A DNA stretch of 64,000 bases, taken from Spirochaetia bacterium (GTDB lineage: Bacteria > Spirochaetota > Spirochaetia > SP-2023). The DNA is taken from positions 384,001 through 448,000 of the forward strand of contig CBDDCK010000005.1 of the NCBI GenBank assembly GCA_965225855.1. The letters run 5' to 3'. Below are positions 1 through 8,920 of this stretch, one piece after another (within the stretch, counting starts at the first letter, position 1; each line of letters begins with the position of its first letter). The notes below the pieces were generated by a model. That model made no database searches. It saw only the letters and a program-made list of their open reading frames with translations, and had not been told where the DNA came from. Made by a program: the position numbers and the translations under genes.

Positions 1-622
1 GCCAATAAATTGCCACTTCTCCAAGTGGAACCAATCGCTCTTTATTTCGTTTGCCAATTACTCGCAATAGCCCTTCTTTAAAATAAACGCTGCTATTTCG
101 CAGGGCCAATAATTCAGAAACACGTAAGCCACAGCTATATATTAATTCTAAAATTGCGCGGTCTCGCAAGCGTGCTGCGGCTTGAAGTTGAGCCCGCTTC
201 CCTTGGCCTGAACCTCTTTCAGGCCGCTGCTCAACTACTTCCAATAAAATTTCAACTTCTTCGATACTTAAAACTTCTGGTAAAAAGTGTTGGCAATGGG
301 GCCGCTGGAACAATTTAAAAGGTTGATCTTCACGCAAGCCAGAAAATTGTAAGTAGCAAAACAATGAATTTAGGCAACTATTTACTTTCAGTAAGCTACG
401 TGGACATAAGTTTGCTGCTCGTATTTGTAAATATTGTTCTAGCTGCTGATAACCTACAGAGCAAAGTTCTTGTTGTTCTAAAAATATGGATAAACTTCTT
501 GCTTCAAAGTAATAAACTTCGATGCTTGCATTGCTCAAGCTTTTTTCAAGTGCCAAATAATTACAATAAAGCAATAAAATTTGGCGGTTTTTTGGAGACA
601 ATCCTACGGTAGATTCAATCAC
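1..622 (-). CDS. xerD: Tyrosine recombinase XerD/XerC family, 3' end runs off the window
   Basis: Manual minus-strand translation from GTG at 622 (in-frame TAA at 626-628 limits the start) gives LPEVLSIEEVEILL...RDRAILELIYSCGLRVSELLAL...GLLRVIGKRNKERLVPLGE, the Xer box-I signature. Absent from the ORF track because it is truncated. XerD versus XerC is not certain. Confidence 0.85.
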   Translation of the reverse strand, partial: MIESTVGLSPKNRQILLLYCNYLALEKSLSNASIEVYYFEARSLSIFLEQQELCSVGYQQLEQYLQIRAANLCPRSLLKVNSCLNSLFCYLQFSGLREDQPFKLFQRPHCQHFLPEVLSIEEVEILLEVVEQRPERGSGQGKRAQLQAAARLRDRAILELIYSCGLRVSELLALRNSSVYFKEGLLRVIGKRNKERLVPLGEVAIYW

Positions 623-680
623 ATTTTATTGCCATTTTGGGCAAATTACTATATAAGCCTGCCTTTCATTTTTTACAGGA

Positions 681-2366
681 CTAGCGTTGTTTGAGTGATT
701 TACGGCGCAGCAATGTAGGAATATAAAGGTCTTCACTTTGGCCTGGCGGCAACTGGGGTTCTGCTCGTTTCTGGCCAAAAGAATTTTGATTGGCGTGAGC
801 ATTTTTTTTTGCATGATTACTGGGGTTTGCTTCGGAAAACAGTAATTGCAGCTCTGTGTTGCTGACTTGCTGCTCTTCTACAAAACGGTTATCTTCTTGC
901 GTCATTTGGTAGACACGATCAGGAGCTTGCGCCAATTGAGTGCCTTTGCCCAAATCGAAATTGGGCTGCACTTCTGGTTGTAATGCTTGGCGCATTTGGG
1001 AGGCTTGGCCAGCTTCTCCATAATCATTTTCTCTTATCGGCATACGCTCGTGAGCATAGCTAGCATACGTTTCATCTATGTAAGCACCCCTATTGTGCTG
1101 TTGCCGAGCCATTGTCTGACTGGGATGACTGGGATTTACCGGCGAATGACCCGAATATCTTGAATGTGCTCGGGTCGGGTGCTGTGGTTGCATCGGAGTA
1201 GACAGAGGTTTTTGCAAAGGGCTTTCTAAAGGGCTCTGCATGGCCACTTGTAAATTTTTCGGCTCTTGTACTTTTTCTTGTGCTTTAAAATGGGGGCGAG
1301 GCGCGTATCCACGAGATTTATTTGCGGGAACATTGGTATGAAAATTTTGCGTTTTATACTTAATTTCCTTTTGTTCTTCTTCATGAAAACCGGTAGCAAT
1401 TACTGTAACTTTTATTTCATCTTTTTTCTGGCTATCTATGGCAATACCTGAAATAACATTAGCACTCATAGTATCTACATAATCATTGATCTTGTCCATA
1501 ATAACACTGTATTCATCTAAGCTAAATGATTCATCAGCAGTAATTTGCACTAACAACCCTGTTGCGCCTTGCATTGCGGCCCCGCTCAATAAAGGGTTTT
1601 CCAACGCTTGCCGAGTTGCTTGTTCGGCACGGTCTTCACCACTGCAAATACCGATACCCATCAAGGCTTTGCCACCGTTGCGCATTACAGTACAAACATC
1701 GTTAAAGTCTACATTTATATCACCGGGCTGGATAATTAAATCGGCAATCCCCTTTACTCCCATGCGTAGTACTTCATCGGCATTCATAAATGCTTCACGA
1801 ACGGAAGTCCCTGCATCGAGAACTTGCAGTAATAATTGGTTGGGTATGACAATTAGAGTATCCACTACTTTGCGTAGTTCTTCCAAACCTTGCAAAGCTA
1901 ATTGGTATTTGCGCTGACCTTCAAAATGAAATGGCGTAGTTACCACACCAACACAGAGCTTTCCCATTTCTTTAGCTGTTTGTGCGATAACGGGTGCACC
2001 ACCAGTACCGGTACCGCCACCCATACCCGCAGTAACAAAAACCATATTGGCACTATCTAATAAAGTACGGATTTTATCTAAATCTTCTTCGGCAGCTTCG
2101 CGTCCAATTTCGGGCTTGCCGCCGGCACCAAGCCCTCCGGTAACTTTTTCTCCCAATGGTAATGTCAAGGTTTTAGGAGACTGGAACCGTTCTAAGGCCT
2201 GTAAGTCTGTATTGGCCATGATGAATTCTACACCTTCTAGGCCATATTCAATCATTCGCTGAACGGCATTACTACCGCCCCCACCAACTCCAATCACTTG
2301 TATTACCGTGTGATGAGTAGCTGATTTTGGTTTTACTTCCTCTGGTTCTATTACTTCTAAATCCAT
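681..2366 (-). CDS. ftsZ: Cell division GTPase FtsZ with a very long C-terminal linker
   Basis: [21 protein letters not shown] tubulin signature, NVDFND and C-terminal peptide [12 protein letters not shown]. Start moved to the ATG at 2366 (or 2369) behind GGAGG. Confidence 0.97.
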   Translation of the reverse strand: MDLEVIEPEEVKPKSATHHTVIQVIGVGGGGSNAVQRMIEYGLEGVEFIMANTDLQALERFQSPKTLTLPLGEKVTGGLGAGGKPEIGREAAEEDLDKIRTLLDSANMVFVTAGMGGGTGTGGAPVIAQTAKEMGKLCVGVVTTPFHFEGQRKYQLALQGLEELRKVVDTLIVIPNQLLLQVLDAGTSVREAFMNADEVLRMGVKGIADLIIQPGDINVDFNDVCTVMRNGGKALMGIGICSGEDRAEQATRQALENPLLSGAAMQGATGLLVQITADESFSLDEYSVIMDKINDYVDTMSANVISGIAIDSQKKDEIKVTVIATGFHEEEQKEIKYKTQNFHTNVPANKSRGYAPRPHFKAQEKVQEPKNLQVAMQSPLESPLQKPLSTPMQPQHPTRAHSRYSGHSPVNPSHPSQTMARQQHNRGAYIDETYASYAHERMPIRENDYGEAGQASQMRQALQPEVQPNFDLGKGTQLAQAPDRVYQMTQEDNRFVEEQQVSNTELQLLFSEANPSNHAKKNAHANQNSFGQKRAEPQLPPGQSEDLYIPTLLRRKSLKQR

Positions 2367-2799
2367 CATTCCTCCAAAAAATGAGACGCACCATAAACGC
2401 CTATAAAAATTCCTTATGGCAATGAAACTCGTTCTTAGTTCCCCATCGAGCAGCAATCAAATTAAGGTTGTATAGGATAAATAATTAGGCCAATCTTGTA
2501 AAGCTTAATAGAAAATATCATTAATAAATTTTAAAAATTACTATAAAAAGCCTAGCTTTCCTGCTGCAGCTTCCCTACTTCTTCTTGGGTTCAGCCGGTA
2601 ACCCACATGATTTGAGTGATACCAAACCAATAACTGCCCACTCCAAAACAACAAACCCAAAACACTGTATGGCCAAAGTTATTTGCTAAAAGCGCTTTCG
2701 GTATATACCCAGAAGAGCCCCGACTAAATAGGGAGAAGCCAATATAGCCAAAACTATTGATCATTGCATTGAAACAACCAAAGGCCAAACCAAGCCCCT

Positions 2800-2980
2800 T
2801 AAGCCTTTTGATTGGCATTGATTTTTAACCACCTTACAACACAAAACAACACTAAGACACAAAAAAACTTACAAAAAGCTTGTATAGGCCTTGACGCAAC
2901 ACCCCCCCTAGCAAAATGGGGATTTACACACTAGCCCGTATGGGTTGGTTAATCTTTATCCCTTGTTGGAGGTATTGCTT
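2800..2980 (+). promoter_or_regulatory. Conserved ~180-bp upstream module of the lipoprotein family (copy 1)
   Basis: aagccttttgattggcat...ttgacgcaacacccccctagcaaaat...ggaggtattgcttATG recurs near-identically at about 19068-19278, 44168-44367 and, on the minus strand, 63868-64000. Confidence 0.85.
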
Positions 2981-4741
2981 ATGTATAAGCACAAACTATT
3001 TTTATTGCCATTAGCATTGCTACTGGCCTTTATGGCCTTGGCCTGCGCACCACCCGATGACGATGCGCCGTCTTCTGGGCCGTCTAAGCCGACTATCAAT
3101 AACGCCATCTACAATGTTGGCACGGCTATCTTAACCGTACAAGGCACTAACTTAAGTCCTACAGAAGCCCAAATCCAAACCATCGTAGTAGATGGCATAG
3201 CTTTAGATTCCTATACTGCAGATGACCCAGCCACTGGGCCAGATAGTAACGGTCTTGCAAAAGGTAAGTACCGTATTAAAAGCGATGGCACAGCGCTTTG
3301 GCTTAGACTTACCGATCGACATAAAGCTACTCTGAATGGCAAGAAAGGTATGGATAGCAATGGTCTAAAAAAAGGGTTGCTTACTAGCTCTGGTGCTTGG
3401 GCGGGTTTAAATACAGCCAAAGACTTAACCGTTAGTAATGTACCCGGTAAGCAGTCGCCTAAGCAAGCCAAACAAGCTGAACAAGCCGAACAAGTCGAAC
3501 AAGCCAAACAAGCCGAACAAGTCGAACAAGCCAAACAAGCCAAACAAGCCAAACAAGCCAAACAAGCCAAACAAGCCAAACAAACCGAAGAAGTCGAAGA
3601 TAAGCAGTCTAAGACCGAAACTGAAGATCAGTCGCCTAAGCAAACCGAAGCTGCAATTACCGGTGCAAGCTACCATGTTGGCACGGCGCTGTTAACCTTG
3701 CAAGGTACTGACTTAGCTAGTGCGACCCAAGCCCAAATCCAAACTATCAGGGTAGGAAGCCGAACAAATGGTGTAGCCTTAAGTTCCTATACTGCAGATG
3801 GCACAGCCACTGGGCCAGATAGTCGTGGTCTGGCAAAAGGTAAGTACCGCCTGCATAGCGATGGCACAGCGCTTTGGCTGAAACTTACCGATCAACATAA
3901 AGCTACTCTGAATGGCAAGACAGGTATGGATAGCAATGGTCTAAAAGATGGGTTGCTTAGCGTTGGCTCTGGTGCTTGGGCGGGTTTAAATACAGCCAAA
4001 GACTTAACCGTTAGTGGAAACCCCATAATTACCCGTGCAACCTATGATGTTACTTTAGGCTTGTTAGAGCTTACAGGTACTAATTTACCAAAAGCAGTTG
4101 CAGGCTGGGAATTGAGAAAATTGACGCTTGTATCCGGTGATGGTAGTAAGAAATACACATTACCCCAGCACTCAACTGTAGGCGCAAACAAAGCCACAGG
4201 TAGAATAGCAACTGCAACAAAATTATCTATTATTTTAGAGGGTAGTGTAAAAGCCAAAGCCGATGCTATATTGGTTAACGATGGTGTTCGTGATGCTAAT
4301 GGTGCATACAACCTGGAAGCAGCAGCAGGATTTGCAGGTGGTAGGGCAGCAGACACAACCAACCCTATTACCGTTAGTGGGTATACCATCGCCACAGCAA
4401 CCTACAATGCTAATACAGGCGAGTTAATTATTTATGGTAGCGGTTTACCGACAACAATTGCAGAGTGGGACTTTAGCAAATTGACGATTGTATCCAGTGA
4501 TGGTACTAAGAAATACACATTACCCCAGCACTCAACTGTAGGCGCAAACAAAGCCACAGGTACTATAGCAGCTATAAAAGGCTTAAAGATTATTTTAAGC
4601 GGTAGTGTAAAACAGAAAGCCGAAGCTATAATGCAGGAGAGTTTTATTTCATCATACAAACTTGAAGCAGCAGCAGGATTTATACCTAGTAGTCCAGAAG
4701 AAGTTATTCTTACTATTTTTATTAGTAGGGATTCTAAGTAA
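2981..4741 (+). CDS. Surface lipoprotein, repeat-domain family copy 1 (A-linker-A-B-B)
   Basis: GGAGGT RBS, signal peptide ending in lipobox FMALA-C22, two ~125-aa A domains, a Q/E/K-rich linker and two ~120-aa B domains. Paralogous to the ORFs at 19279, 44368 and 63867. Confidence 0.9.
   Translation: MYKHKLFLLPLALLLAFMALACAPPDDDAPSSGPSKPTINNAIYNVGTAILTVQGTNLSPTEAQIQTIVVDGIALDSYTADDPATGPDSNGLAKGKYRIKSDGTALWLRLTDRHKATLNGKKGMDSNGLKKGLLTSSGAWAGLNTAKDLTVSNVPGKQSPKQAKQAEQAEQVEQAKQAEQVEQAKQAKQAKQAKQAKQAKQTEEVEDKQSKTETEDQSPKQTEAAITGASYHVGTALLTLQGTDLASATQAQIQTIRVGSRTNGVALSSYTADGTATGPDSRGLAKGKYRLHSDGTALWLKLTDQHKATLNGKTGMDSNGLKDGLLSVGSGAWAGLNTAKDLTVSGNPIITRATYDVTLGLLELTGTNLPKAVAGWELRKLTLVSGDGSKKYTLPQHSTVGANKATGRIATATKLSIILEGSVKAKADAILVNDGVRDANGAYNLEAAAGFAGGRAADTTNPITVSGYTIATATYNANTGELIIYGSGLPTTIAEWDFSKLTIVSSDGTKKYTLPQHSTVGANKATGTIAAIKGLKIILSGSVKQKAEAIMQESFISSYKLEAAAGFIPSSPEEVILTIFISRDSK
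3464..3600 (+). repeat. 9-bp coding tandem repeat (CAAGCCAAA family) in the lipoprotein linker
   Basis: Six perfect CAAGCCAAA units at 3527-3580 (QAK x6), preceded by QAE/QVE variants. Confidence 0.95.
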
Positions 4742-4832
4742 GTAAGGTTTGGTTGTTGCAACGCTTGCATTGGCAATTGCAACCTTGGTAAGTTTTTTAT
4801 CAAGGCTGCTTTTGCCAATTATAGCCTTGGTA
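4742..4832 (+). repeat. Conserved downstream module with REP-like hairpin CAAGGCTG-N-TAGCCTTG
   Basis: The same block follows the stop codon of all four lipoprotein genes (also about 21400-21636, 46402-46607 and, on the minus strand, 61575-61689). Confidence 0.9.
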
Positions 4833-4857
4833 TAAAGTATTGTTCCGCATTGGTGCA

Positions 4858-4909
4858 ATACATCTTTCCGCCTTGGATCAAGGCCTTGATCCAAGGCGGA
4901 AAGATGTAT
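4858..4909. repeat. Perfect 52-bp loopless palindrome
   Basis: atacatctttccgccttggatcaagg|ccttgatccaaggcggaaagatgtat; the two halves are exact reverse complements. Confidence 0.97.
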
Positions 4910-5024
4910 CATAGCAAGGCACTAAAAAATTTATTAAGCCTACAAACTTTTTTTAGTAATAGCTTTGAACAAAAGCTTTGAACAAACCCCTTACAATAAT
5001 TATTACCAGAACGTTGCCATAACC

Positions 5025-5143
5025 ATTAAGAGAGTCTCTTAATGCCTAACAAGAGAATTTCTTAATAACTAACAACAGAGTTTCTTAATGCCCAACAACA
5101 GAGTTTCTTAATGCCCAACAACAGAATTTCTTAATGCCTAACA
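5025..5143 (+). repeat. ~23-bp tandem repeat array (about 5 units)
   Basis: Unit aacaacagagtttcttaatgccc with variants; a related array sits at 61445-61545 on the minus strand. Confidence 0.9.
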
Positions 5144-5150
5144 TGGGTAT

Positions 5151-5690
5151 TTATTCATTGGTTTTTTGCTGTTGCAATTGACTGTGCTTTAAGGGGCTAC
5201 CATCTAGTAATGTAACACGCTGCCCAATATCGACGTTGTGCCGCTCAAACCAACCTTGATTGAGCTCTAAAGCAAAGCGCATCGGCCAGCGCGAAGCTAT
5301 GGTAGTAGTGTCCAAAGGTTGCATATGGTAGATTTCACAGATTATGCCATCTTTATCTAAATAGGCTATGCTAAGGGGTATCAGCGTATTCTTCATATAA
5401 AAACGCAAGACTTTATCTTGTGGGAAGCTAAATAGCATGCCGTGCATTTCTGCCATAGATTGCCGGTGCATTAGGCCTTGGGCTTGTTGTTCGGGGCTAA
5501 GGGCTAGCTCGGCCTCTATGGTTTGCTTGCCCACTTTGAGCTCAATACTTACTAATGGCTCTTTTTTGCAGGCCCATAGAACCAACAGCAAACTAATGGC
5601 CCATAGGGCGTCTATTAGGGGCTTTATTGGCAGTGGCCTTTGGGCCAGTGTGCAGCTAGCAGAATAGCACAATAGATGGTTGTGATTCAT
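5151..5690 (-). CDS. DUF192 family protein, probable lipoprotein
   Basis: AELALSPEQQAQGLMHR...GMLF...FYMKNTLIPLSIAYLD...ALELNQGWF; LWAC lipobox-like motif. Start uncertain. Confidence 0.9.
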   Translation of the reverse strand: MNHNHLLCYSASCTLAQRPLPIKPLIDALWAISLLLVLWACKKEPLVSIELKVGKQTIEAELALSPEQQAQGLMHRQSMAEMHGMLFSFPQDKVLRFYMKNTLIPLSIAYLDKDGIICEIYHMQPLDTTTIASRWPMRFALELNQGWFERHNVDIGQRVTLLDGSPLKHSQLQQQKTNE

Positions 5691-5714
5691 AGGGATTCAA
5701 TACCTCAACAGGAT

Positions 5715-6980
5715 TTAATTCTTCTCTTGATAGAAGCTATGCGAAGAGCTACCATTGGCTAAGAAGTAGCTTAGGGTTTTAAGGCGCGGTGTATTCTCGC
5801 AAATGATCTTGATGATGGAGAGGATGGGAACCGAGAGTAACATACCGGTAATGCCCCAGATATAGCTCCAAATGTATAGCGATAGCAATATAAATACGGT
5901 GCTCAAGCGCAAATGGTCGCCTAGTATCTTGGGCTCTAAATAGTTGCCGATGCAAAACTGGACTAATAGCAAATATATGACGGTTATCATTGATAGGTAA
6001 AGGTTATGGCTAAATTGCAATACAGAAAATAAGCCAACCAATAATGTATGAATAATAGAGCCAATACTCGGTATGAAATTCAGACCGAAAGCCAAAATGC
6101 CCCAAACTATGGGGAAGTCTACCCCGATAGCCCATAAACCTATGCCAATCAATAAGCCCGTGAGCAAGCTAATAAAAGACTTTAATAACAAGTAGTAGCT
6201 AATTTGCTCTACCGAACGTCGATAGATTCGCTGAATCGCTTCGCTTTGTTTAGAGCTAAACCTGCGCTCTATGGTATTGAAAAAAGCCTTCCCCTCCAAC
6301 AACATAAATAGTAGCACTAAAAACATGGTAAATGAGGCTGAAATTGAAGCTGAAATATTATTGTAAAGATTAGCTAAAATGCTCCTAGCATAAGTAATGC
6401 TTTGGCTCATCAAATCCCAGCCGGACAATTGAGAAATATCCATGCCTAAGCGTGCTGCCATTTGTACCATATTTTGTATGAAACTTTGTAGTTTCGCTTG
6501 GTAAATGGTTGGCATGATATTGAGTAATGAGCTAAAGCTAGCCATAGAAGACAATAGCAACAGCAAAAAAACTAAGGCATAAAATACTACTAACACAATA
6601 AGGCAGCTCAAGGTATAGGGCAAGTGCCACTTTTGGTATATCCTTTCTACTTGTGGGAATAATATAGTAAACAGTAAGAGGCCGATAAAAATAGGGATAC
6701 TAAAATACGATGTTAGTTTCAGTACCCCCAAGGATATAATGATTACGATAAAGCCTAGCAGGGAGTTGTTCCATCTTACTTGTTTTATCAATTGGCTTCG
6801 GTGGAGTTGTTGTTTTTGCATTTGCGCCTGTACTTCTTGTATTTGGCTTTCCTGTGTTGGCTCGGCTATTAGAATTGGCCGTTTTACTTCTTTTTGCATG
6901 GCCTTTTTCAAGTGTTTAATAAACCCCCATTTAGGCAGTTTATCCATTTTTATGGTGGAAAAATTAAAGAGTAATTTCAA
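5715..6980 (-). CDS. AI-2E (PerM/TqsA) family transporter
   Basis: Multiple TM segments with WGILAFGLNFIPSIGS, GNYLEPKILG and WGITGMLLSVP. True start may be the ATG at 6899. Confidence 0.9.
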   Translation of the reverse strand: MKLLFNFSTIKMDKLPKWGFIKHLKKAMQKEVKRPILIAEPTQESQIQEVQAQMQKQQLHRSQLIKQVRWNNSLLGFIVIIISLGVLKLTSYFSIPIFIGLLLFTILFPQVERIYQKWHLPYTLSCLIVLVVFYALVFLLLLLSSMASFSSLLNIMPTIYQAKLQSFIQNMVQMAARLGMDISQLSGWDLMSQSITYARSILANLYNNISASISASFTMFLVLLFMLLEGKAFFNTIERRFSSKQSEAIQRIYRRSVEQISYYLLLKSFISLLTGLLIGIGLWAIGVDFPIVWGILAFGLNFIPSIGSIIHTLLVGLFSVLQFSHNLYLSMITVIYLLLVQFCIGNYLEPKILGDHLRLSTVFILLSLYIWSYIWGITGMLLSVPILSIIKIICENTPRLKTLSYFLANGSSSHSFYQEKN

Positions 6981-7006
6981 AGCTCTATCCTGTTGTTTTG
7001 ATTGTA

Positions 7007-8920
7007 CTAACGGTTTGGTGTTAGTGCTTGTTGCATAAATTTCCGACTAAACTGTTTTAGCAATCTTCGTTGCTGGCTAGCACTCAATTGTTGTGCTTGG
7101 CGCATGGTTATCAGCTCTTGTAGTTTGCTGCTGTCAATATTGCTTAGCACAATGCCTTTTTCAGAAAGTAGGTAGGCCCGAACTTGGTCTTTGCTCCATT
7201 GAATTTGCAAGCGTAATACCGGCATAGTGGTATCCGATACAATTTCTGCTCCAGCATGACTTAAATAGCGTTGCAATTGGCGTTTTATGTATTGTTGTTC
7301 GGGGCGGTAGACCACACTGCCACTCAATTGCAATTGTATGGGTAGGGCGATACCATGTAGCTTTAAGGCAGCGCGGTTTATGTGATAGGCCTGCAATAAT
7401 TCTTGATAACGTTGGCTCAATTGCTTGTATTTACGCAGCTGGCTCAATTCTATATAGGCTTTTTCACGAGCATCTGCATCCCATTTAGGGTCCAGCATTG
7501 TGAGGCTTTGCTCTATCTTTTCGCTATTGCGTTCTAAAATACCTTCTTCTAGTAGCAATGTATCTTTTGATTCGGGAATGAAAGATAAGTTTTCGCTTTT
7601 GAGTTGCTGAAAAAAACGCCGCTTCAATAGGGAATGCGAGTCGCTAGCATCATAGAGGTTTTTATTCGAGTCTAGTTCATTGCCTTGCTGGTAGTGTTCT
7701 TTGCCCACTTGGTAGGCGAGTAACTTTTGCTGGGTTAGGGAATACCAATAAAGCCAGCTATATTTGAGCAACGCTCCAAAGCGTTGCATACTTTCGCTAA
7801 ATGTGATGGGCAACAACCATTTTTGTTCTTGCAATAGACCTTTGTACAATGCTGTACGCAACTCCATCAGCTCTAGTTCAAATTTGATAGAGTCGATTCC
7901 ATAGGAAGTCATCCATTCGGTTTGCTTGCGGAAACGCAGGTCGAGCTCACGCATAAAGACCATGCCTTCTGTATTTTGGCCCTGATCGATAGAAAGTTGT
8001 ACTAAGTCTAATAAAGCTAGGGGGCTGGGATGTTTGCTTTGCTCTTCAAGGCGTTGCGATTTGATGAAAGCTTCTCTAGCTTGATGGAAATGGCGTTGTT
8101 GTAGGTATAGCTCCCCACGTAGCAGCTCGTTAGAAGGGAACGATATATTTTGAATGCTTTGGTCGTTTAACTCCATGGCCCTATCAAAGTGATGGAAATC
8201 CGTCTCCAACAGCGCATAGTTATAGTAAATCAAAGCCCGCTGGTTGATGCTAGTTTGCAAGTTATATAGTGTTTGGCTCTCATCATCATGGCTGCTATTG
8301 GTTGTTTCATCTAATTGGGGGTAAGTCAAGGCTATGCTTTGCTCGTAAGCGTTGCGTGATTTTTCATAATCATAAGCTGCCGAATGTATAATTGCCAAAG
8401 TCATCATAGTGGAGCTACTGCGTTGCTGGGGCGGTATAGCCAATATTTTGGCTTCCGCTTCGCTGTAGCGGTGTAGCTTGTAGAGCAGCCAGCCGTTATT
8501 GTGGCGGGCTTGATTGCGTTCATACGAATTGCCCCATTGCTCTAATAAACTAAAGCTTTTGACCGCATCGCTGTATTTGCCCAGCCTGTTTTGCGAGTTG
8601 GCAACTCGGTAAAGATAGCGCGTGTTCTGCGGTTCTAGCTTTAAGGCCTGTAGGTAAGATTCAAGCCCTAGGTGCAGTAGATTTTGCTGTTCATAGAGTT
8701 CTCCGTTGATAAATAATAGCAGACTATTCTTAGGATATTGCTTTTGTGCTTCTTGCAATAGCCTCAAAGCTAGATTGTAGTTGCGCATCTGCTGGGCTGT
8801 CTCGATACGCTCGAGATAACTATCCAGTAGGGCCGTATCTTGTCTCGCATAGGCACGTGCTTGCAAACTAAATAAAAGCGCAAGCCAGACTAAATACCGA
8901 AAGTATGGTATCTTAGTCAT
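7007..8920 (-). CDS. Exported tetratricopeptide-repeat protein
   Basis: Signal peptide and TPR-like helices (YLQALKLEPQN, ALIYYNYALL); overlaps the pheT stop. Confidence 0.75.
   Translation of the reverse strand: MTKIPYFRYLVWLALLFSLQARAYARQDTALLDSYLERIETAQQMRNYNLALRLLQEAQKQYPKNSLLLFINGELYEQQNLLHLGLESYLQALKLEPQNTRYLYRVANSQNRLGKYSDAVKSFSLLEQWGNSYERNQARHNNGWLLYKLHRYSEAEAKILAIPPQQRSSSTMMTLAIIHSAAYDYEKSRNAYEQSIALTYPQLDETTNSSHDDESQTLYNLQTSINQRALIYYNYALLETDFHHFDRAMELNDQSIQNISFPSNELLRGELYLQQRHFHQAREAFIKSQRLEEQSKHPSPLALLDLVQLSIDQGQNTEGMVFMRELDLRFRKQTEWMTSYGIDSIKFELELMELRTALYKGLLQEQKWLLPITFSESMQRFGALLKYSWLYWYSLTQQKLLAYQVGKEHYQQGNELDSNKNLYDASDSHSLLKRRFFQQLKSENLSFIPESKDTLLLEEGILERNSEKIEQSLTMLDPKWDADAREKAYIELSQLRKYKQLSQRYQELLQAYHINRAALKLHGIALPIQLQLSGSVVYRPEQQYIKRQLQRYLSHAGAEIVSDTTMPVLRLQIQWSKDQVRAYLLSEKGIVLSNIDSSKLQELITMRQAQQLSASQQRRLLKQFSRKFMQQALTPNR

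Noticed and set aside
1..622. The Xer recombinase as the mobiliser of the lipoprotein cassettes
   Set aside because: It lies directly after ftsZ like a housekeeping gene, and the TG...CA ends point to a DDE transposase rather than a tyrosine recombinase.
3211..3695. Low-complexity alternative-frame ORFs (ACLACL, GLFGLF, KPNKPN) and antisense ORFs over the lipoprotein genes
   Set aside because: These are shadows of the 9-bp repeat and of biased codon usage; none has an RBS or family features.
5025..5143. CRISPR array (also considered for 18702-18820 and 61445-61545)
   Set aside because: Units are directly adjacent with no unique spacers, and no cas genes are present.
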